Positions 54,492 to 64,000 of a DNA stretch of 64,000 bases are shown in pieces (within the stretch, counting starts at the first letter, position 1; every line of letters starts with the position of its first letter). The notes under the pieces are model-generated. The model made no database searches. It was given only the letters and a program-made list of their open reading frames with translations, and was not told the origin of the DNA. Origin of the DNA: Eledone cirrhosa (lineage: Eukaryota); assembly GCA_964016885.1 (NCBI GenBank), contig OZ024742.1:72540001-72604000 (forward strand), given 5' to 3'. The position numbers and the translations under genes are program-made.

Positions 54492-55858
54492 TAATTTAGC
54501 ATCATTTATCCTAACACAAATACACAGGCATTTGTATAGAGACATCAGGGCATCAAGAAACTGACCATCAATCCCATACTTCTGCAGAACTTTCCGCAGC
54601 AGGTCCCAAGGAACTTGGTCATATACCTTTTTGAGGTCGACAAAACAAGAATATACCTCTTGGCAATACTCAAACGATTTCTCAAAGACCTGTCGCTGTG
54701 TGAATATTTGGTCAGCTATGCTGAGTCCAGGGCAAAAACTGCACTGTTCATCAGCTAGCTTGGGGTCGACAATCTCCCTACATCTATTTGCCAGACACTT
54801 AGCATAAACTTTAATAGGGAAGCTTAACAAGGGGATCCCTCTATAATTGGAACAATCTCTTTTGTCTTCCTTTTTGAAAATTGGGATTATTACTCCTGAT
54901 TGCCATTGCTTAGGTGCCTTTCCAGAGATCCAGGCTTCCTAGCACACATGAGTTAGCCAGAGAATACTTTTAAAATCTTGGGCCGGATTTCATCTTCTCC
55001 AACGGCCTTGCCATATTTGAGATCTTTAACTTCTCTTGTGACCTCAGAGATTAGTCACCATTTCCAGACGCACCACGTGTACATCAGAAGATGCTGTGGT
55101 GATCGGGTTTGGGAGATTAGCAAAGTATTCTCTCCACCTTGTGAGGATGCACCTCTCTATAGAGAGAACTCCAGGTGCATTCCTGATAGGTGTGGAGGAG
55201 GACTTCCTATTATGAAGTCGGCAGACAGTCTGTCAGAATACTTTATTTGCTGATTCCAGCTTAACTCCAAAGTCCTCCCATGTCTTAACTTTGGATGCCT
55301 TTACTGCCTCTGCTGCGATTCTTGTGGCTGCTTGTACCACAAGTGCAAGGAGGACTTTGGCTTTTAAACAGGAGGTAGGTGTAAAAGCCAAAGTCACTAC
55401 CTTCAATTTGGTATTCATACCAACCCTTACCTAAGGTCATGAATATTGGGTAATGACCGAAAAAATACAGTCGTGAATACAAGCAGCCAAAATGGGGTTC
55501 CTCTGAAGGGTTTTTGGAGTAACATTACTCAATAGAGTATGTAGATCAGAGAGTCACTCCAGATAGAGCTGCTACTTCTCCAAATTGAGAGATCACAGCA
55601 CTGACACTATGAGCATGTGGTTAGAATATTTCAGGAAAGAATCGCTGGACAGATTTTATGGGTAAAACCAACCAGCAAGAGACCCAGGGGTAGACCCTGA
55701 ACAAGATGGTTGGATAACATCCATGGACTTGGCTGGTCTAGCTTGGGGATCCAGCCAGATCAGTTGGAGACAGTTGCTTCTGACAGGACACACTGGAAGG
55801 AATGTTTGAGGACTCTGCCCCCCTGACTCTCTGAGGAATAAGTGGGCAAAGAAAAAGA
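54492..55858. mobile_element. same second RTE-type family, 5'-inverted copy with candidate TSD
   Basis: Minus RT piece (CFVDLKKVYD) to ~55368, then plus-strand 3' end; flanks aatgtaaacatttt / aatgaaaacatttt. Confidence 0.85.
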
Positions 55859-56737
55859 AAATGAAAACATTTTAGAACATCCATTGGGCGTGGGTTAGAC
55901 AGGTTGTCATGCTCAAAGGTTAGACAGGTCAAATAAGAATGTCCTGCTCGTGCATTCCAGTTTGGCATGATTTCTACTTTATAGTGTGTACTGAGTGCAT
56001 TTTATAATGAAACTGGCACTACCACTGTATAGGGTGAGCTGGGTGTATTTTATTATGACACAAGTACTATCACTTTACAGAGTGCACTGGGTGCTTTTTA
56101 TTATGGCGCAGGCACTATCACTTTACAAGAGTAGGTTTGGTGCATTTTGCCATAGCACTGGCACAATGACTGGCTTAATGCAGTGGATGCTTTCCAGTGT
56201 GGTATTACATTAGAGTAATCATTTTCTCTTCAGAAAGGAAGGAAAGTAAGTGATGGGAGAGGAAATGTGAGCATGGCAAGTATCAGAGAGAGAGAGAGAG
56301 TAATGGGAAGGGCTGCAAGATGTGAGTATAGCAGAAGTGGTGGTTTTCAACCATATAGGAAGAGGCAGGGATGGGAGGGAGTATGAGGTAAGAGCAAGGT
56401 AGAAATGACAGCTTCAAGCTACTTGCTATAAGAGCCCTCATTCTGGGAGGAAAGGAGTGAATGAGAGCAGGTGCCAGGTCATGGAGACAGCTTTCAAGAG
56501 ACAGGGTAGCTCAGTGAAGGATGTGGGGAAGAAAAAGGGGAGAGAAGTATAACCATAAGACATGTATATATAAGAACATCCAGCCACACAACCATACCAA
56601 AAATAGAAAGTACAAGCAAGATGCTCATTATGTGATATGGGCAGCTGACACACTTCAGAGGATAGTAACAAGTAATATCAGTAATTGGTGATGATGATGA
56701 TAATTCAAATGAACAAAAAAGTTGTAAATGGACTTAC

Positions 56738-56907
56738 TTTGTTGAAATGGTCCCCTAAGTACTGCCAAATACGGGACCACTGTAATCGAATACGTCCCAT
56801 GTTATAGTAAGAAATCTCAACTATTTTTTGTAAACTGAACATCCTGGGGTGACTCGGGTTGGCCAACTCATCTAGTGACACCTGGCACAATGCCTTCACA
56901 AACTCAA
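56738..56907 (-). CDS. ARFGEF1: ARF-GEF exon 5 in window (170 nt)
   Basis: [56 protein letters not shown]; cag/gtaagt. Confidence 0.96.
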
Positions 56908-58013
56908 CTGGAAATAAACAACAATGGAGAATTAAAGTTTTCAGAGTGGTTAATAATCTTTTATGCATGTAGACAGAGAGACCTCTACAGATATTATCAT
57001 TACCATGTCCACTTCTCCATGCATTTATTGGACAGACACAGTAATTTAATTAATTGGTCGAACATAGTAACTTAATTTTTAACATCCTGTAACAGATCAT
57101 TGTAAACATTTGTAGTAAATTAAAGACTTTAATTTTAAATGTTATATAATCATATTGATGTTTTGTACTTTTCAACAATGTCTTGCTAAAGTGGTTTCAT
57201 ACAGTACAGGATGTTAAGTGTTAAAGACAGCAGTCCTACATCACAAGTGCTTTCCCTAATGAAACTGAGGTTAGCCATGCAGGCCTCATGACAAGTTTCA
57301 GACTCCTCATGGGATCCTTTCTGAAGCAATGTTTTTATGGTTGGATGTCATCATTGTTGCCAATTCTAATTGCTTCTTACAATATACAGGGACATGGTGT
57401 ACCTAGTCTAAGCCAAATAAACATAGCTTAAAACCAGTAGTCTAACACTCTACCTTGACACTTTGGCAGTTGTTAGGGCTATTGAAGGACACTCCTACAA
57501 CTGATCTTGACTATATATATATATTATATATTGATCTGCTGGATTAAACCTGTTATGGGGCTAAACAGCTATTTTTTTCATATTATCATCCATACTTTTA
57601 AAGCAGAAGACAAAGAAAATAGATTCTTTTCAAAAGATATGATTTTTAATTTATTTTAGGCAATTTCTTCATCTGTAGCCGTTATACACAACCAACACAA
57701 CTTTTTGACAAATCTATTGAGCAATCGGTAACATACAACTCATTGATTCCTGCAACCTGGCATCATGCGTCAGATGTTCTTCATAGTAAATATCACTTTC
57801 CTAGTAAAACTCAGTAATTTCCTTTCTTTCCATTATCTTCCACTAAAATACATTAACCTCTAATCTCTTCAGAGTCCCACATTAAACTCACAAATCTTAT
57901 AACTTAACTCCACAATTTCAACTAATCTGAATTCTCCCTCTCATTACAGAATAAAAATGAAGCTCAAGCCTGTTTTGTTGAAGAAAATGCTTTTCTTCTT
58001 CCAACCCACTCCC

Positions 58014-58195
58014 TAGTCCAAACACCAACTACAGGGAAATTTAGGAGTAGCTCCAGTCTAAACACCCACTACAGTGGAATTTGGAAGTATCTCCAGTCTA
58101 AACACCAACTACAAGGGAATTTGGAAGTATCTCCAGTCTAAACACCAACTACAAGGGAATTTGGGAGTATCTTCAGTTCAAACACCAACTACAAG
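58014..58195. repeat. ~40-bp tandem repeat (ctccagtctaaacaccaactacaagggaatttggaagtat)
   Basis: About 4.5 copies. Confidence 0.9.
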
Positions 58196-58325
58196 GAGTT
58201 GGTAGAATGACCCCAGAGTTAGATCTACAACAAACTCCACATTATTCAGAAAGTTTAAAAAAACAACAAAAATTAAAGGAACACAATTCAGTAGAGAGAG
58301 AGAGAGATGGGAAAAATGAACAAAC

Positions 58326-58466
58326 CAATGGCATCTCCATCTAGCCGCACAGAACCAGTAAATATCCGGTCAACGGCAACGACGACACTCTGTGAACTGG
58401 TTTCACCCATCGTTTCCTGAATACTTGCAAGACGCTTTTGGTCCAAAGTTCCACCTGGCATAATGC
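58326..58466 (-). CDS. ARFGEF1: ARF-GEF exon 4 in window (141 nt, phase 1-1)
   Basis: [46 protein letters not shown]; cag/gtttgt. Confidence 0.94.
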
Positions 58467-58657
58467 CTGTAGCAAGAAAGGAAGAAGAAAACATGAAAAA
58501 TTAATTAAAATCAATTACACTCACACATCATTGATTATTCAGAGTAACAACAAAGCAAATACAGCACTGGAGTAACAACTCAAGTCAAGAATATCATCAC
58601 TATCAATATCATATTTACCATCAACATCAAAGTTGTTAAGACAGTGTTGTGGAAAGT

Positions 58658-58961
58658 GTAGAAAATAGTGTGTCTTTTTAGAGGGCTACAGCAGTGCAAA
58701 TAAGGTTAAATGTTAAAAATATAACAAAATTATTGGAATGTTACTTGGAGAAGTTTAATTAGTCCTTAATATTTCAGGATAAAATCCCTTCAACAAAAGA
58801 AGAGTTGGGAAAATTAAGTTGAAGCAGGATATTCTGAAATATTAAGGATTAATTAAATACCTCTAAGTTAACATTCCAACAACTTTGTTATTATTTTTAA
58901 CATTCAATGTGCTATTTGTATTGCTGTAGCCTTATAAAAAAAAAAAAGATTATTTTCTACA
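58658..58961. repeat. older foldback/MITE palindrome
   Basis: tgtagaaaata...tattttctaca; ggctacagca/tgctgtagcc; tccttaatatttcag/ctgaaatattaagga. Confidence 0.75.
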
Positions 58962-59380
58962 GCAAAATCATTATCATCATCTCATCTAATATATGTTCTT
59001 CTTTGCTGAGTTGAGACAGTTCCATTGCTTCTTTGATAATGTCATTAATATTATATCTTTATGTTGATATGATCATGGCTTAATCCTGAGAAACTAAGCC
59101 TACTGCTGTTAACATATTTCTCAGGTAGAATCACCATAGCACAATTTTTGACAAGGCTGAATCTTTAAATTATAGGTACAAACCATCTGATGGGCTTCTG
59201 AATCATATTTCACCTGCCCAATTTCACTTGCAGGTTTGGGTCGATCAGAGGTTATCGTAAAAACAGTTGGCTAAATGAAATGAAATCCATAACCTCAATA
59301 TTATACATTGAACTTCTCAACCACCCAGCCATGTCTGCTCCAACAAAATTACAACATAGTAAGCCAATAAAAATACTAAC

Positions 59381-59555
59381 TGTTCGGATCAAAAGAATCA
59401 ATGGGTTGCATGCTGCCAAAATGGGATTTGTCACCAGGTCCTGATGAAGAATATGGGCCATTACTCGGTCCTCTTCCATCTGAAGAAATGTAGCGAGGCT
59501 TGACTCCGGTTCCAATTAACTGAGCAAGTTCCAACTGCGAAATACAGCGAAGTAT
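59381..59555 (-). CDS. ARFGEF1: ARF-GEF exon 3 in window (175 nt, phase 0-1)
   Basis: [29 protein letters not shown]...SFDPN; tag/gttagt. Confidence 0.93.
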
Positions 59556-60806
59556 CTACAAGAGAAACAATGAGAAATTTATAAAATTCAGCATTAAACC
59601 AGAGCATTCCACAAACCACACAATAATCACATAAAATGTTTTCAAAATCAATATTTTCAATATTATCATTCTAAATTGTATTTTATTTTATTTTCACAAT
59701 TATCACATTTCTAAAATTCCATTTAAATATTTTAAGTACAAATCAAGAATTGTGTAAAGAATATGTTTATATTGTTTAAACTCAGCATGGATACATGTAC
59801 AAATAAAACATGAAAGCTAATTAAGACTTGTTGTTTAGTCCCTCCTCCCCTTGTCAGCCCTGATCTAGCAGATCTATGATCAAAGGTGTTCTAGCTATGA
59901 CTGTCCAGATATAATGTGTCTATGATTACATTATCCAACATCTTTCCTTCTTCTTTGAGGGAGACTTTGTTATTTCTACTTAGAAGTTCCTTTTTGGCTT
60001 AAAAGAGAAGTTCAGTAAGTAGCAGAAGTTAAATGCATATCTCAGTTATTGTGATAGATAGTATCCAGCTGAAAAAATCCTCCCAAAAGAGTCAAGAAAA
60101 GCTCTTCAGCCACATCAATGATATGACAACCTCTCTAGTGCTGGTACCGCAATAAAATGTGCTCAGTATACACTGTAAATTGGTTGGCATTATGATGAGC
60201 ATCCAGCTGTAGAAACCATGTCAAAAGGACCCAGAGGGTTCTTCAGTCAAGTCTAGTAATAGTAGCATGATAAAATTCACCCAATACACACTATATAGTG
60301 GTTGGCATTAGGAAGGACATCCAGTCAAAGAAATAATGCTGAAAATGGTATGAATTGATGTCTCGGAGGACAGTAGCTCCAATAGCATATTGACATGTTT
60401 TATAACAACCCATACCAGTATGGAAAACTAGTGTAAATGGTGGTGATGATTGGTCCTAACTACAACAACTTATGTTGTGATCAAAACTATAATAGACTGA
60501 GCTGTGACACCAAGTATGACAGAGTGTAGTGTAATCCTATCAATATGCTAATATGGAAAATGAACATTAAACAGCAATGATGATGACATATTGTGCTGTG
60601 ACCCTATATAAGGAAATCTTTCTTCATGCCCTAGTACAACTAGCTAGGTGGTCTCAAGTTTACAAGCTCCTCTACTAGCCATTATGGGATCACAGATTCT
60701 TATAATTCATTACAGAATCCTCAGTCTAAATAGTGAACAACAAGTGTTTTAAGGCCATTTTCCCTGCTAAAGCAAGGATTAACCTTGCAGACCCCATGAA
60801 TAGGTT

Positions 60807-61172
60807 TGTAGCGGTTGTCTCCCTTGTTTTAATTGGGATCTAGACGGGAGGTGGAACCCTTTCTGCAACTTCCGGTCAGAGCCCTATAAAACTGGCGGCT
60901 TTGAGCTTCCTCTCTCTCTTTGCCTTTTCGGCACCAGGTCAAGAGTCTTCTCATTTGGCTCTGCCATTAATTTGGCCAACAGGCGCCTGGCTAAGGCCAG
61001 GCGCCCTCTGCCAGCCGCGTTTGCCTGGCAATCAAAACGGTAACTACTAACTTTGTTTCATTCTAACATCTATCTTTGACATGTCAAGTATTCTATCTAC
61101 CGTTAATTAAATATTATATACACAAACATTGTCTCGTTTTGTTACATTCATGCAACCAGTAATCTCGCTATA
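60807..61172 (+). mobile_element. solo LTR (366 bp, gypsy-like)
   Basis: TGTAGCG...CGCTATA inverted ends, 4-bp TSD GGTT on both sides, internal CTATAAAA and ATTAAA. Confidence 0.8.
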
Positions 61173-61570
61173 GGTTCTTTTTGAGACAAGGTTTTATAGC
61201 TGGATGTCCTTCTTGGTACCAACCTTTAGTTGCCTCATATAACTCAAAGGTATACAGTGTACCTATTCTAAACTGGATACACACAACTAAGCTACCATGT
61301 TGCTGATGAAAGACGCTACCATGTTGCTGATGAAAGACACTACCTATGATTTTGAAAATAATGACATTTTAATAATATAACTAAGTTTCTCATTATTTAT
61401 CTGGTGTTTTGGGACATGAATTAAGGTTCTTAAAATTATGATGAAAGGTTTTTAGATAAATATAAATACTTTAAAACAAATGGGCTTTGTATTATGGAAC
61501 CAGGGGCAATTTCAGGAGGTTTAATACCAAAAGGGTTAAACAGTGAAGACAATGAAAATGTAGTACTAAC

Positions 61571-61729
61571 CTCGAACCAGGACTTGCCTAAATAGTTACC
61601 ATCTGTGTGAGCAACTGAGATCAAGGTTTTAATAGTGTCAATGTTCTTTGTTTTCATCTCGGTGATAGGGGAAGCAGCGGTCAGCAATGTGAAGCGAGCT
61701 AGGGCTTGGACGTAGGCATCTCTTTCCAA
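61571..61729 (-). CDS. ARFGEF1: ARF-GEF exon 2 in window (159 nt)
   Basis: [53 protein letters not shown]; cag/gttagt. Confidence 0.96.
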
Positions 61730-62941
61730 CTGAAATGAGAAAAAAAAAAGTATTTTAATGATAAACACAACTGAAATATTTAAATAGAGGGAGAAAGCCT
61801 ATTGTGATCCTCCTATGAAGGGTGGGTCAACTAGTCAACTACACACTATAAATAGGAATATGCAGTTCACAAAGATATGTTCTCCCCAAATGTAAATTGG
61901 CACCACATTGGAGAGAAGAAAAATGACAATTTGAAATAGGAATGAAGCCTTATCTCCTTTATCTATCTATATAGATTCTTGTTACATGCACACACACACA
62001 AACAAGATGACATGTGACATCTGAAGGATTGGATCTAGTAAGAAACTGATGAGTTAAGAAGAGGATCATTAGTTTCTAACACTCAACATGTGTGTTGCAG
62101 GTCATCAGCCCGTCTAAGAACTTGGTAGAGTGCGGGAATGTATGTAATTGAGATACAGGCTTCCAGCCAACTGCGGAGTCAGAACTTCTTTTCATATGAG
62201 GGGCTGAAACAGTTCAAAGCAAGACGAATAATACCACATTTGAAAAGAGGGTTATAGACCTGAAATATCATGTTGAAATACACTGTATAAAACACTACTT
62301 TGCTCTGTTTTATTTGTCATCATTAGCCCTTTGTATTTTATATATAAATATATACACACACACATGTATACATACATATAATAGACATCCAGTCCACCCT
62401 ATATAAAGGTCATGCTGGTGATAAAAAAAGTACTCAGTCCACTCTGTAAAGTGATTGTACTGGTGACATAAAAACCACTCAGTCCACACTGTAATGTAGT
62501 TGGTGTTAGGAAGGGTATCCAACCATAGAAACCAAGCCAAAATACAGATCCTTATGAGCAAGACATGGTCTTCTGACCTGACTTATTTCATAACATGACA
62601 ACCCATCTAACCCATGCTACTTTGGAAAATTAACGTTAAACAATGATGATACTATAAGTGATAGGTCCCCCCAAAAGGTCATCTATATACCCAAATACAT
62701 CATCGTAGAAGTATTGATTTCTGATCCATCATACATGAGGAGAAAAAGTTTCAGTTGATATATAAATATGTGTGTACATATACATACAAAGTCATACATA
62801 TATATAAAAAGTAAACAGAAATAACAAAGCAAACATACCTGATTACTCATATACAAGAATGAAAGTTTGAGAAGCAGAAATTAACAAAAAATAAAAATAA
62901 AACAGTAACATTTAAAGTAATGTGGACAGTAATTCTCTTAC

Positions 62942-63070
62942 CTCCATGTGGAATATACAAGCAATCCGTATTGCACATCGAATACCATCTAAACAGAGAG
63001 AAGCAACTTCAGTGTCATCACAGTCCTGAAGACCGACACTGAAAGCTGCCAAAAACGGGGTCCAAGCAAT
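62942..63070 (-). CDS. ARFGEF1: BIG1/BIG2-type ARF-GEF, first coding exon in window (129 nt, phase 0-0)
   Basis: cag|...|gtaag boundaries. Translates [43 protein letters not shown], recognisable as the BIG1/BIG2 segment following the Sec7 domain. Confidence 0.95.
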
Positions 63071-63141
63071 CTGGATAAGAGAAAAAGGAAATATGTTTAG
63101 AAGTTTAACCCTTTCACAACCATATTTTTCAAGAAGTACTC

Positions 63142-63440
63142 AGAGAAGCAACTTCAGTATCATCACAGTCCTGAAGACTGACACTGAAAGCTACTAAAAA
63201 GGGATCTTAGCAACCTGAACGAAGAGAGGGTGAAAACAAAATCATATTTAGAAGCTTAACTCTTTCACAACTATATTTTTAAAGAAATACACAAATTCAT
63301 ATTCTATTTGGAAATAATCAAGAATTTGAAAAATATTTAGTAAGAAATCTGAAAGCAGCCACAAAGGTGTCAAAGCAACCTGAACAAGGAAAACATTTTT
63401 AAAAATATATATTTAGAACCAATTTTTTTAAGAAACAATC
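63142..63440 (-). pseudogene. two degenerate tandem copies of the 5' half of exon 62942-63070 plus its acceptor
   Basis: agagaagcaacttcagtatcatcacagtcctgaagactgacactgaaagct duplicates ~62997-63047; a third, shorter copy starts at ~63349. Confidence 0.85.
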
Positions 63441-63492
63441 AGTTCTAAGTCCCAGTTAATCTTGAGGATAATCAAGAATTTAAAGGGATTTA

Positions 63493-63830
63493 ATCATCAT
63501 CATCATCATTTTACGTCCGCTTTTCCCTGCTTGCAAGGGTGGGAGGGGAACTGATTCTGGCTTGATTTCTACAGCTGGATGCCCTTCCTAACACCAACCT
63601 CATTTACAGTGAGTGCTGGGTGCTTTTTTTGCTGTGGCACCTCCACGACCACTTTGCAGTGGAATGATATCGACCCCAGTCCCTATCATCTCATTTCTAC
63701 AGCTGAGGAAACTGGAGCAATGTGAAATAAAGTGTCTTGCTCAAGGAAACAACACATCACCTGGTCTGAGAATTGAACTCACAACCTTTCGATTGCAAGG
63801 CCAATCAATGCTCTAACCACTAAGCCATGT
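63493..63830 (-). mobile_element. same SINE, copy 4
   Basis: Near-identical; carries a 4-nt CAAT duplication in the head. Confidence 0.9.
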
Positions 63831-64000
63831 AAAAATCTAATTTCTTGATTAATTAGTTAAAATAGATGAGCTACTTAAACCTACATTGAAGTACTTAAAA
63901 ATAATAAGAGAATCGCTAGTTAAAATAGATGAGGTACTGATCTTAAACATACATTGGTAATGAGAAATCAATAGTTAGAATAAAGTATTTAAACCTATAT

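Noticed and set aside
58014-58195. ~40-bp repeat as a CRISPR array
   Set aside because: Units are contiguous and there are no distinct spacers.

Overview
AT-rich, repeat-dense eukaryotic genomic DNA. The (TA)n/(CA)n/(GA)n microsatellites, tRNA-derived SINEs and RTE LINEs ending in (GAT)n suggest an octopus or other coleoid cephalopod, but this is inference. The only recognisable host gene is the 3' half of a large Sec7-family ARF-GEF of the BIG1/BIG2 (ARFGEF1/2, Sec71) type on the minus strand. I traced 19 GT-AG coding exons from 63070 down to a TGA stop at 18470-18472; the phases chain throughout and total 2691 nt (896 aa, the HDS region; the Sec7 domain and N-terminus lie beyond the right edge). 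The rest is mainly mobile DNA: a decayed near-full RTE LINE, 5'-inverted RTE copies, CR1 3' ends, two SINE families, Helitrons, mariner, piggyBac-type and foldback MITEs, and a solo LTR. The most notable observations are a candidate 24-nt in-frame microexon, a degenerate hammerhead ribozyme in a Penelope-like repeat arrangement, a near-perfect inverted duplication of a Helitron fragment, an inverted SINE pair bracketing two exons, and tandem pseudo-copies of an exon's 5' half. I found no convincing wholly new multi-gene system. All calls are from manual reading, with no database searches.
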